Shown: piece by piece, positions 10,166 to 18,800 of the stretch
Layout: the number at the start of each line of letters is the position of its first letter
Position numbering within the stretch: the first letter of the stretch is position 1
IMG/VR virus record: IMGVR_UViG_3300037493_003077
Coordinates: 1-52,190 of that record
Strand: one strand, 5' to 3'
DNA length: 52,190 nucleotides
Origin: a virus
Lineage: Duplodnaviria; Caudoviricetes
The notes under the pieces: generated by a model
What the model saw: the letters and a program-made list of their open reading frames with translations, nothing else
What the model was told of the DNA's origin: nothing
Database searches by the model: none
Position numbers and translations under genes: made by a program

Positions 10166-11133
10166 GCATTAAATGCCAGCATCGCCGCTGCACCTTTGTG
10201 AATGTGAGTGTCTATGATATCATAAACATTGATTCCATTCAACACCATATCATTTATATCCTTTTCTTTTATAGTATCAGGAAAAACACATACTTTTTCT
10301 TTATTTTCAATAAGTTTATACAGAACCTCAACCACTACCTTATTTCTCGGTTCATTATCCACAACAAAGATCAGATCCTGGTTCTGAAACTTTTCCCTGA
10401 CCTCTAGAAAATTTCCTACACCCAAGCAAGCAATGGAGTTGGGAAGGAACAGACTGTCAATCGGACCCTCCACAACAAAGATTGGTTTGCTCTTGTCAAT
10501 TTTCTCAACCCCGTAAATCAGTCGTATCTTTTCATCAGTCTTCAGGGTGATATATTTTGGTTTGATATTTCCAAAAGATCTACCCTGCGCTCCGATGAAT
10601 TGGTTGTGTTCATCATAGATTGGAATTACGATTCTCTCATCATCAATCAATTCGTAAGATTCATTTACCGATTTTGCGAATTGAGAAAAATGCTTTGTAT
10701 ATCCAAATCGCTTCCATTCAGAATTTGGAATCTTTCGTGCCTTGAGAAACTTGATTGCCGCATGATCTACTGGAAGATCTGCAATTTCATCATATGATGG
10801 CCGTGAAGAAAATACAGGAGGTTTGAATTCTTCCGTTACCTCTTCAATTCTCTTATCCTTATCTGCAAACTTCTCAAGACAATATTGCTTGAACAAAGCA
10901 GGAGAAATCACTTCAAGAAACTTGTACACATTATATGAAACCCCACAGTTATGACATTTATAAAAATAACTATCCTTACTGCTGAAGAAATAACCTCTCG
11001 CTTTGTTCTTATTTGTCTTGGAATCACCACAAAAGACACAACGGCAGTTAGCAAGATTCACCTTCTTCCATTTAAACTTCACAAGGGAATTAGAAACCAA
11101 ATTGATATATTTACGATCAAGATAAGCAGACAT
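10147..11133 (-). CDS. T4-like DNA primase (gp61)
   Basis: CVFCGDS...YKCHNCG zinc finger; VVEGPIDSLF, DNEPRN and KDINDM Toprim motifs; start set at MSAYLD. Confidence 0.93.
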   Translation of the reverse strand: MSAYLDRKYINLVSNSLVKFKWKKVNLANCRCVFCGDSKTNKNKARGYFFSSKDSYFYKCHNCGVSYNVYKFLEVISPALFKQYCLEKFADKDKRIEEVTEEFKPPVFSSRPSYDEIADLPVDHAAIKFLKARKIPNSEWKRFGYTKHFSQFAKSVNESYELIDDERIVIPIYDEHNQFIGAQGRSFGNIKPKYITLKTDEKIRLIYGVEKIDKSKPIFVVEGPIDSLFLPNSIACLGVGNFLEVREKFQNQDLIFVVDNEPRNKVVVEVLYKLIENKEKVCVFPDTIKEKDINDMVLNGINVYDIIDTHIHKGAAAMLAFNAWRKCQ

Positions 11134-12497
11134 TAGAAATTCCAATCTTCAAACTTTTGACCCTTTTGCTTTGGTTGATTAGCAATAGGAATAGTAATGA
11201 GATTTGTGTGTTGCGGTGGAATATCGGAAAGTTTCATCTTAGCACGCTGAATGTTAAGCAAGAACTTACGATTGGTTGCTGTATCATTGTAACGATTCTT
11301 TAACTGCTTCACCATGATCTGATTCTGTTCCGCAAGTTCATCTGTAGAGATCAAGGCGAACATAAAGTCAGCAGTTGCGGGAAGACCAAATGATTCGGAA
11401 GTATCCTCAAGACTAACATCCGTGTTGGAATGCCCAGAGCGAGTAGTTTGCGTGGCACTGAAAATTGGCACATTATATTCAACCGCAAGACCACGAATCT
11501 CCTCTGCAATGGACTTGATGTAAGTGTAGGAGTTTACATTGTTTCCACTCTTTACTCTTGCTGAAGCACAGATGTTTAGATAATCAATGAAGATTACATC
11601 TGGTTTAAACTTACGCTTCAACCAAAGTTCATCCAACAAAAAACGAAAGTGATTTACATTTGCTGTAGCAGTTGGATATTCCTTGATGATAAGTTTACCT
11701 TGAACTCCAGCACTCAGATTCTGAATCTTCTTCTCATAGATCACCTTTGAAAGTTCGCGAAGATTATCCAGAGTAACATCAAGAAGATTTGCATCAATGC
11801 GTTCTGCAATTCTTTCCTCTGCCATCTCACAGGTGATGTATAGAACCTTACAATTCTTTTTGAGACAATTTGCAGCATGATGGCAAAGGAACAATGATTT
11901 GCCAACACCAGTTCCTGCCATGACAATGTTCAAAGTCTTTGCAGGAGTTCCACCATTTGTGATCTGATTGAATCCATCCAAATCAAATGGAATACGCTTC
12001 TCTATTGTGTGATAGAAATCATATCGTTTCTCATAGTCTTCAATGTAATCGTGACCGATATGAACATCAAATGATACTGACAATGCCTTGGATAGAATAT
12101 CAGGAATAGATCCCTGAGATTGCTGAGTCTTTCCATCTATAATCTGAATGGATTCCATGATTGCATTATATACCGCCTTATCCTTGCAGAAAGTTTCAGT
12201 TTCTGTCATCAACCATTCAGAGTCAACATTTTCCTTGGAATTGGAAATCTCTTCCACATAATTTGTGATGCGCTTCATCTCTTCTTGATTGATACTCTTG
12301 TTCTTATCAAGAATGATATAGATCGCTTCCTTTGTGGGAAGGTTATTATACTTTAGAATAAATTCATGAATAGTCTCAAAAACAAATCGTAGTCCACGAT
12401 CATGAAAATACTCCCTTTGTAGGAAGGGAGTAACTTTTCGTGCGTATGTCTCGTTCTTGAGAAGGTTGTGAAGAATTAATTTTTCAACATCAGTCAT
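11133..12497 (-). CDS. T4-like replicative helicase (gp41, DnaB-like)
   Basis: AGTGVGKS Walker A, IIKEYPT, FIDYLNIC, SATQTTRSG, SESFGLPATAD, KQLKNRYND. Confidence 0.95.
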   Translation of the reverse strand: MTDVEKLILHNLLKNETYARKVTPFLQREYFHDRGLRFVFETIHEFILKYNNLPTKEAIYIILDKNKSINQEEMKRITNYVEEISNSKENVDSEWLMTETETFCKDKAVYNAIMESIQIIDGKTQQSQGSIPDILSKALSVSFDVHIGHDYIEDYEKRYDFYHTIEKRIPFDLDGFNQITNGGTPAKTLNIVMAGTGVGKSLFLCHHAANCLKKNCKVLYITCEMAEERIAERIDANLLDVTLDNLRELSKVIYEKKIQNLSAGVQGKLIIKEYPTATANVNHFRFLLDELWLKRKFKPDVIFIDYLNICASARVKSGNNVNSYTYIKSIAEEIRGLAVEYNVPIFSATQTTRSGHSNTDVSLEDTSESFGLPATADFMFALISTDELAEQNQIMVKQLKNRYNDTATNRKFLLNIQRAKMKLSDIPPQHTNLITIPIANQPKQKGQKFEDWNF

Positions 12498-13533
12498 CGG
12501 TGTTCTCTATGGTTTTCTCTCCACCATAACTGAACTGAGTATACACTGCCTTCTCTACCAAAGCAAGAACATCTTTGGTGAAATACTTTTCTGGATTATC
12601 ATAAATCGTCTTCTCAAACGCTTTGGTTCCATCTGGAAGTTCAATGCGAGTTGAATTCTTTTTGAATATTCCAGCAGACACCGCAACATCCACAAGACCA
12701 TAATATGGGTCAAGTCCAGTTTCGTAATTCAACCGAATATCCACCATGCTATTTTCTTTGGTGAATCTGCCCTTATAAAGTTTACAATGAATGATATTTC
12801 CAACAACCTCACCATCAGAATTCTTATCCTTTCGCTTGGAAAGATAAAGAATAGTTGATGCCGCATACTTCAATCCCTGACCACCAGCAAGTTCTGCTGT
12901 TGGGAACATTCCCATTGATTGATATGTGTGGTTTGTCATCAGAAGAGGAATCTTCGCCACACCAAGTTTTACCGTCAAGACTCTAAATGTAGCCTTGATG
13001 ATTTGTGCGCGGGTCATATCCCTTGTATCTTTTCCATCAGCGGTATCAGTCATCTCTTTGGTCGTGGACAACATTCCCAACGAATCAAGAACGATGAAGG
13101 TTGGTTTCTGTTCGCCTTTGGGAAGGTCAATATATTTGTCTACAATCGTAATTACTTGATGACGAAATTCTTCCACCGTTGATACTGGAAATACCGCAAT
13201 TCGTTTTGGGTCAATTCCACGATTCTTGAACATCTCAGAAGTGACTGCTTGTTCTGAATCAAAATATAAAACAACAGCATTAGGATTATCCCGTAAAAAC
13301 TTAGAGACAATTCCCAAAGCGATATAAGTCTTTCCTGTGGATGTTTCTCCCGCAATCGCTGTAATTTTATTATTTGGCATTCCATTGTAAATGGATGCCG
13401 ATAGCAGTCCGTTCAGAATATAACATCCAGTATCCACGAATCCACTTACATCACTTCCCTCAAGACCATCGGAAACTAGTGATGCGTATTTGTTTCCAGA
13501 ATTCTTAACCATAGACGATAAAAAATCACTCAT
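12490..13533 (-). CDS. uvsX: RecA-like recombinase UvsX
   Basis: AGETSTGKT, YFDSEQA, DSLGMLST, DMTRAQ, GGQGLKYAAS; located between gp43 and gp41. Confidence 0.93.
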   Translation of the reverse strand: MSDFLSSMVKNSGNKYASLVSDGLEGSDVSGFVDTGCYILNGLLSASIYNGMPNNKITAIAGETSTGKTYIALGIVSKFLRDNPNAVVLYFDSEQAVTSEMFKNRGIDPKRIAVFPVSTVEEFRHQVITIVDKYIDLPKGEQKPTFIVLDSLGMLSTTKEMTDTADGKDTRDMTRAQIIKATFRVLTVKLGVAKIPLLMTNHTYQSMGMFPTAELAGGQGLKYAASTILYLSKRKDKNSDGEVVGNIIHCKLYKGRFTKENSMVDIRLNYETGLDPYYGLVDVAVSAGIFKKNSTRIELPDGTKAFEKTIYDNPEKYFTKDVLALVEKAVYTQFSYGGEKTIENTDD

Positions 13534-13543
13534 AATATTCCTT

Positions 13544-14695
13544 TCAACCAAATAGGTTTTCTAATGTATTTTTCTTTTCAGTTGACCACCCAATAGTATC
13601 TAGAATGGCGGTCAGAGGATCAATAAAAGATTTTTCAAATTGAGTTTTATAATCAATATATTTCTCAAGTTCAAATTCTTTTGGAAGAACATTTGGAAAA
13701 GAAATAACCTGATCTTCTCCAATGCAACCACCAACAGGATTTGGTTTCTTGAGCATTAGAAATTTAATCTTATCTCCTTCAATAATCTTCCTATATTTCT
13801 TACCAATCTTGAATTTAGCAAGATAATGATTATAAATCAAAGCACCCTTTACGGCAATAGGTGTTGATTTTTTATAAATTGCAGAACGATCAATATATTT
13901 TTCCAATCCGTTGACGCTACGAGGAAATGCGATATCCTCTGGAGGCAGTGCGTAAAATTCGTTACGACACTTCTCAACAAAGTCTATCATATCCTGCGAA
14001 GTGCCATTCATGGTAATATTGATAGCCTTCTTGAGATGCTTACGGACAAACTCTGGAGTTGACGAACGAGTCGTTTCAATTCCCATGATCTTGAGTTTAG
14101 GTTCTGCATAGCGTACACCTTCAGAATCCCAAACATTCAACATATACCGTTTCTTGGCAGTCCATATTCCCTTGTCGGCAATGACTTCCCGACCCATCTG
14201 CATCTTGTTCTCATATGCATTCATGGTGAGTGCGAGTTCAGCAAACTTCTTCTCAATGAATGGAATGATCGCTTGTTCCGCAGACTTATCTAAGAAATCA
14301 ACTACAGTCTTTGTCGGTGGTCGCGAAACTGGTTTTCCATCAAAAAGACCTGTATTTGGAAATACCTTCAAGACTAGATTATTGAGACACAGATAAACAG
14401 AATCTGTATCGGATGCAATCACATAATCCACATCGGTAGTGCCAATGATCTTGTTGAGATATTTGTTTAATTCCTGACCAATCCATTGAATTGACAATTG
14501 ACCCGATAAAGTAATCGCCTCTGCGAGTTCGGTAGAATAATATCTAAAATATTGGTTCCCTATCGCACCGTAAGCGGAGTTTAACTGAATCTTGCGAACC
14601 AACTGAAAGTTATGATACTTGGAAATATCATGTTCAGTTTGTTTCTTCAGTGCAAGCAGTTGGGCATTGGTGAACTTGGAGTAGTCTTTTGACAT
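13544..14695 (-). CDS. Family B DNA polymerase, C-terminal half (gp43B-like)
   Basis: RKIQLNSAYGA (motif B), ASDTDS (motif C), KKRY, KIMGIET; ends LENLFG (clamp-binding-like). Confidence 0.93.
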   Translation of the reverse strand: MSKDYSKFTNAQLLALKKQTEHDISKYHNFQLVRKIQLNSAYGAIGNQYFRYYSTELAEAITLSGQLSIQWIGQELNKYLNKIIGTTDVDYVIASDTDSVYLCLNNLVLKVFPNTGLFDGKPVSRPPTKTVVDFLDKSAEQAIIPFIEKKFAELALTMNAYENKMQMGREVIADKGIWTAKKRYMLNVWDSEGVRYAEPKLKIMGIETTRSSTPEFVRKHLKKAINITMNGTSQDMIDFVEKCRNEFYALPPEDIAFPRSVNGLEKYIDRSAIYKKSTPIAVKGALIYNHYLAKFKIGKKYRKIIEGDKIKFLMLKKPNPVGGCIGEDQVISFPNVLPKEFELEKYIDYKTQFEKSFIDPLTAILDTIGWSTEKKNTLENLFG

Positions 14696-14898
14696 AATGT
14701 AGAATCCTTTTCAATTCCAAAGGTGGCATTCGCCCAAACATTTAACTGATCACTTCTAAAATGCCGAATCATTCCACCTTCGGTCAAGACCACGGCGAAA
14801 ATATCGTTTTCCCATGTTCCGCCATCGCGAACATATAAAATATAACCATCACCCATAGGTGTGGTTACAGGAATTGGGTTTTTAAACTCATAGATCAT
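14647..14898 (-). CDS. Small hypothetical protein (MIYEFKNPIPVTTPMGDG...)
   Basis: ORF; ATG at 14898 lies 6 nt after a TATACT -10 box. Confidence 0.65.
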   Translation of the reverse strand: MIYEFKNPIPVTTPMGDGYILYVRDGGTWENDIFAVVLTEGGMIRHFRSDQLNVWANATFGIEKDSTLCQKTTPSSPMPNCLH

Positions 14899-14904
14899 TG
14901 ACAC

Positions 14905-14933
14905 AGTATACCACAAACTCAATCAAGAGTCAG
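14905..14933 (-). promoter_or_regulatory. Sigma70-like promoter
   Basis: CTGACT-N17-TATACT with TGG before the -10 box; ATG 6 nt downstream. Confidence 0.6.
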
Positions 14934-14974
14934 AAAAAAATTAATACATTCAGTCATTATTGTTCTCCCGAATG

Positions 14975-14982
14975 TATTTATA
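14975..14982 (-). promoter_or_regulatory. T4-type late promoter TATAAATA
   Basis: Exact match in an intergenic region. Confidence 0.5.
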
Positions 14983-14999
14983 AATTTTTTACTTTAATT

Positions 15000-15665
15000 T
15001 TATTTTGTTCCCAATTGCATTCGTATTAGTGCTAAAATTCTACTTTGAACGGATGCTGGATGTGTTGGGTCTGAAAAATGGTGTGTTTCACCTTTAATTT
15101 CAGGCCATTGACCACCAGCACGGGGGTTTGGGTCGGGCATTGTTCTCAATTCAGAACCAAGGCGTTGGCCCAAAGGCGTATCTCTCTTAATCACACCTTT
15201 GATGTTGTTTCTAAATCCAAGTAGGTTCAAATAAACATCTCTTCTAGGTCTTTCACCAAAAGACCCAGTTGGATCTCTTGGTCTATCTGGGTTTCTTCTG
15301 TCCCAATCTGCCTGTATTGATTCTTTACTGTCAATATGTCTTTGTTTTCCCAAAATATCAACAAGAAGATTCCTTATTGCTGTTTGTTTTTTTGCTGTTT
15401 GCTGTGGACTATCCCAGTGACCAGACAATGCTCCATGTTCGGCATATTCAATTGATTTTTTTAATTTTTCTGGATCTTCTTCGCCTTGACCAGATTCAGC
15501 AGCACCAAAACGAATTCTTAAATTTTCAAGATTTCTTGATTCTTTTCTTTTTTTGCGTTCTCTTTGCTGCGGAGTCACAAACTCTCTGGGTCTAGACCAT
15601 TCTAGAATATTTTTTTCTGTTTCTTCTTTTAAATTTAAAAATATGTGTTTAAATGTTTTCATCAT
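15000..15665 (-). CDS. Hypothetical charged protein; candidate capsid-internal protein
   Basis: N-terminus MKTFKHIFLNLKEE resembles the T4 capsid-targeting sequence; late promoter immediately upstream. Confidence 0.65.
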   Translation of the reverse strand: MMKTFKHIFLNLKEETEKNILEWSRPREFVTPQQRERKKRKESRNLENLRIRFGAAESGQGEEDPEKLKKSIEYAEHGALSGHWDSPQQTAKKQTAIRNLLVDILGKQRHIDSKESIQADWDRRNPDRPRDPTGSFGERPRRDVYLNLLGFRNNIKGVIKRDTPLGQRLGSELRTMPDPNPRAGGQWPEIKGETHHFSDPTHPASVQSRILALIRMQLGTK

Positions 15666-15666
15666 C

Positions 15667-15674
15667 TATTTATA
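15667..15674 (-). promoter_or_regulatory. T4-type late promoter TATAAATA
   Basis: TATAAATA-G-ATG-ATG. Confidence 0.6.
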
Positions 15675-15912
15675 ATTTTTGCTTCCACACGCCATCCACG
15701 ATAAATCCATATGATGAGGTTTCATCTTCTGGAAATTTAGCAACCGTATATGGTTTGGTTTTCTTGGTCGTGAGGAGATTATTCAAGTCATCACATTCGG
15801 TGACCGCACTAGTCTTCTTCTTAAATGCCAAAACGCCCTTACGGGGTACTCCCAAGGAGTCTTTCAGGTTGTCGTCAACAAAGTTGTTCAGTTTGGTCAT
15901 AATTCCATACAT
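15670..15912 (-). CDS. Hypothetical protein (80 aa)
   Basis: TAATG-coupled to the upstream gene. Confidence 0.6.
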   Translation of the reverse strand: MYGIMTKLNNFVDDNLKDSLGVPRKGVLAFKKKTSAVTECDDLNNLLTTKKTKPYTVAKFPEDETSSYGFIVDGVWKQKL

Positions 15913-15927
15913 TATCGTCGCCTCCGA
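15892..15927. repeat. 36-bp direct repeat, copy 1
   Basis: TTTGGTCATAATTCCATACATTATCGTCGCCTCCGA; 35/36 identical to 16567..16602. Confidence 0.95.
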
Positions 15928-16556
15928 ACTCCAATCATACCAGCAATCCCAATCAGCGCAATTGCCGATGGTGCGGGAACGAGTGCGTATTCAATGTTAT
16001 CAATGATAATCTGACTTGCGCCATTAGCACCAACATTAGTAGAATACACCTTGATCTCGGTGATATTGTTCAGAGGACCAGGATATACGGATTGCAGGTT
16101 AAGTTTCACCCGCTGTGCAGCAGCAATTTGAGCAGTGTAAGTGAATACTAATACGCCCTCTCCGTATCGGTAGCCTTCAATAATCACAGTCATTGGCGAC
16201 CAAGCGGAAGTCACCTCAAGACTAGACAGCCTCCACATTTCGTTTCTACTGATTCTGAAATTGTAGGAGGAAGTCGAACCGAACGGAGTCCAGATGGCAC
16301 GATCACCAATGATGCCCTCATCATATCCACCATATCCTGGTCCACCGACAAGATCGTAATACCACCACTTGTTTCCGCTAGCAGCATATGAACTGGTGAA
16401 GTTGAATCCTTCATAGTTGCTTAGAGGTTCGTAGTAAAATCCAAGTGGTGTCGAATAAATGTCCGTAAGTGTCGGCGCAGGAAGATTTTCAAAGGTGCAG
16501 AGTTCTGCGTGTGCCGAAGTTGCGAGTAGCGTTGTTGCGATTAGTGTCTTTAACAT
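15912..16556 (-). CDS. Exported protein with PEP-CTERM-like sorting signal
   Basis: Signal peptide ending AHA|E; C-terminal VPAPSAIALIGIAGMIGVRRRR; AAGGA RBS. Confidence 0.88.
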   Translation of the reverse strand: MLKTLIATTLLATSAHAELCTFENLPAPTLTDIYSTPLGFYYEPLSNYEGFNFTSSYAASGNKWWYYDLVGGPGYGGYDEGIIGDRAIWTPFGSTSSYNFRISRNEMWRLSSLEVTSAWSPMTVIIEGYRYGEGVLVFTYTAQIAAAQRVKLNLQSVYPGPLNNITEIKVYSTNVGANGASQIIIDNIEYALVPAPSAIALIGIAGMIGVRRRR

Positions 16557-16566
16557 TTTATTCCTT

Positions 16567-16602
16567 TTTGGTCATAATTCCATACATTATCGTCGTCTCC
16601 GA
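16567..16602. repeat. 36-bp direct repeat, copy 2
   Basis: TTTGGTCATAATTCCATACATTATCGTCGTCTCCGA; 5 nt from the tRNA-Leu 3' end. Confidence 0.95.
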
Positions 16603-16607
16603 TTTAA

Positions 16608-16680
16608 TAGGGATGGTGGGACTCGAACCCACACTGGAATCATTTTAAGTGATTTATCTCTGCCATTGGACTACATCCCC
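16608..16680 (-). tRNA. tRNA-Leu(UAA), short variable loop, no encoded CCA
   Basis: Acceptor GGGGATG/CATCCCT+A; anticodon arm AATCA-CTTAAAA-TGATT; T arm GTGGG-TTCGAGT-CCCAC. Confidence 0.9.
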
Positions 16681-16685
16681 AAAAA

Positions 16686-16756
16686 CTACCCCGCTTGGAT
16701 TTGAACCAAGAAAAGAAGCTCCAAAGGCTTCTGTGATACCATTTCACCACGGGGTA
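16686..16756 (-). tRNA. tRNA-Gln(UUG), no encoded CCA
   Basis: Acceptor TACCCCG/CGGGGTA+G (U1-A72); anticodon arm GAAGC-CTTTGGA-GCTTC; T arm CTTGG-TTCAAAT-CCAAG. Confidence 0.92.
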
Positions 16757-17296
16757 TTAAAACACATTACTTGCGAGTGCGTACATTGCGATACCACTCG
16801 CGGTTCCTACATTCAGACTCCTGACAGTTCCATATTGTTTGATATACAAGATGTGATCACAGATGTCGAGGATTTCTGTTGGTAGACCGACTTGTTCTTG
16901 ACCGAATGCTAGAACATAATGCGTATTTGTGTTCCATTCAAAAGTATCAATCGCCGTAGCACTTGGAACATTATCTATGCCGATGATCTTTACCGTACCA
17001 TAGGTCTGACGGAGAATCTTCATTCTTTCGTCTAGTTCGGTAAAGGTCTTGGCGTGAATGAAATTAGTATAATGATGTGTTCCTACAGTGCCACGGCGAT
17101 CATACTGCTTGGATCCATATAGGATCACCTGTTTCGCGAGGAACGCATTTGAGTTACGAATGACTGTAGCGATGTTGAAATCATTGTAAAGATTGCTGCA
17201 AAGAACGGTAAAATTATTCCGTTTTGCATCAAGATCTGCAATAATCGCTTCGTGCGTCCAGTAATGAAAGTAGTCAATGATGTTCCTCGTTTCCAT
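16757..17296 (-). CDS. SpoU/TrmH-family (SPOUT) RNA 2'-O-methyltransferase
   Basis: NIATVIRNSNAF, FGQEQVGL, IKQYGTVRSLNVGTASGIAMY. Confidence 0.9.
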   Translation of the reverse strand: METRNIIDYFHYWTHEAIIADLDAKRNNFTVLCSNLYNDFNIATVIRNSNAFLAKQVILYGSKQYDRRGTVGTHHYTNFIHAKTFTELDERMKILRQTYGTVKIIGIDNVPSATAIDTFEWNTNTHYVLAFGQEQVGLPTEILDICDHILYIKQYGTVRSLNVGTASGIAMYALASNVF

Positions 17297-17302
17297 GCGT
17301 CT

Positions 17303-17330
17303 ATTATACCAGAAAACTTTACTTTGTCAA
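17303..17330 (-). promoter_or_regulatory. Consensus sigma70-like promoter
   Basis: TTGACA-N16-TATAAT (TGGTATAAT), ATG 6 nt downstream. Confidence 0.8.
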
Positions 17331-18800
17331 TGCCCTACGATTGAGTTCCTTAGTGATTTCCTCTAAATGTTTTTGCGATTCAATCATTTTATTTTTGAAT
17401 GTTTTACGCTCTTGATACATCGTATCCATGAGTTCTGGTAAGAATCCACGAATATCCTTGCGGTAGGTTGTCCCATTGGCAGCAACGGATAGATTCTTCT
17501 CTTTGAATTGTTGTATTAATTTAGTGGCAACAGCATCACCTTTGAGAATAGCATCTGGTGAAATAAGACCACGCACTTCATCGGGTGTGATTGTCTCTGT
17601 GGAAATATTATAATGCATGATGAGATGCGGATAAAGTGAATTCAAGTCAAAAGATACTACCCATTCGTGCATACCGACAAGAGGTTCCTTGACATAAGCA
17701 CCAGCATATTGCTCATCCTTTCGTCCCCTCTTCTTGGGAGGAATGACGATGTTCTTCTTGCTCAAGTAATTATAGATGATTACATCCCATGTACGAACCT
17801 GAGAGAAAACATCCTGAAAATTAACTCCTGCTGAATACGCAAGTGCCACAGAGAGTTCTATAAGCTTTAATTTCTCTTCCAATTTCTGAACGAGTTCAAC
17901 ATCTCGGATATTATATTGAATGAACTTCTGGAAATCTTTCTTGTAGAACTCATTCATACTCTCATATTCGTCATATGCCAACTTACGCTGACCCAATTCA
18001 ACATACGCGATATGATCAAGACGATAAGATTCCTGATTGACATATGTAAATGTCTTGTAGACTTCAAAGTAGTCAAGCATGGAGACTCCGATGATATCAT
18101 ACATCAGATCTTCCTTACCATTGCGAGTGATATACTTTTCCTTTAGAATACCCCAAGGAGAAAGCATCTTTGCTGCTTTATGTCCAAGAACCTTCTTGAT
18201 TCTCTTGATGAGATAAGGAAAGTCAAAGAAACGAATGTTCCAACCACTCACAACATCGGGATAATTCTTGGCAAAGTATTCAAGAAATTCCCTGAGCAGT
18301 TTCTGTTCATCTTGATATTCAAATACCTTGATATCAGTATCGCCAGGATTGAATATACCAAGACAGAAAGTTGCATTTCCGTGTTTACTGGAAAATACAG
18401 TAATTGCGATGATCTCTTCTTCAGGATCTTCAATTGAAGGCCATCCCTTTTCAGAGGTGGTTTCAATGTCAATATACATGATGTCTATCTGTGAAAAATC
18501 ATAGGAAATATCAGTTCCATATTTCTTATTGATGAACTGATATTCGGTTTGAATATCACCATGAATCTCAAAATTCGGGACATCAGCATACTTCTCAGAG
18601 AATTCCTTGTATGACTGATAAGAATCAAATGTCATTTCATGAACATACTGACCATGAATCGTAAGAAAATCAGTTTTCTTTTTAGACGGCAGATAAACGC
18701 TTGGAACATATTCTTCACTCCTATAGACAGTTATGCCATTCTCTTTTTCTGTATAAAGAATGGACTTGAAATCATAAAATACATTTGTATAGAAATTCAT
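17319..18800 (-). CDS. Family B DNA polymerase, N-terminal half (gp43A-like: exonuclease plus motif A)
   Basis: YIDIET (ExoI), GWNIRFFD (ExoII), YNIRDVEL (ExoIII), SFDLNSLYPH (motif A); ends in the fingers helix. Confidence 0.93.
   Translation of the reverse strand: MNFYTNVFYDFKSILYTEKENGITVYRSEEYVPSVYLPSKKKTDFLTIHGQYVHEMTFDSYQSYKEFSEKYADVPNFEIHGDIQTEYQFINKKYGTDISYDFSQIDIMYIDIETTSEKGWPSIEDPEEEIIAITVFSSKHGNATFCLGIFNPGDTDIKVFEYQDEQKLLREFLEYFAKNYPDVVSGWNIRFFDFPYLIKRIKKVLGHKAAKMLSPWGILKEKYITRNGKEDLMYDIIGVSMLDYFEVYKTFTYVNQESYRLDHIAYVELGQRKLAYDEYESMNEFYKKDFQKFIQYNIRDVELVQKLEEKLKLIELSVALAYSAGVNFQDVFSQVRTWDVIIYNYLSKKNIVIPPKKRGRKDEQYAGAYVKEPLVGMHEWVVSFDLNSLYPHLIMHYNISTETITPDEVRGLISPDAILKGDAVATKLIQQFKEKNLSVAANGTTYRKDIRGFLPELMDTMYQERKTFKNKMIESQKHLEEITKELNRRALTK

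Noticed and set aside
14919-14957. 12-codon ORF MTECINFFLTLD after TATAAATA and a GGAGA RBS
   Set aside because: Too short to support; it may be a remnant of a deleted late gene but cannot be verified here
16567-16680. Classic tRNA attL/attR integration site
   Set aside because: The 36-bp repeat lies outside the tRNA sequence and no integrase is present; reported only as a direct repeat
14600-17400. Split intein or group I intron joining the polymerase halves
   Set aside because: No intein N-terminal block; the HN in KYHNFQ is followed by F and aligns with the fingers helix; the insert holds tRNAs and promoters and no homing endonuclease was recognised
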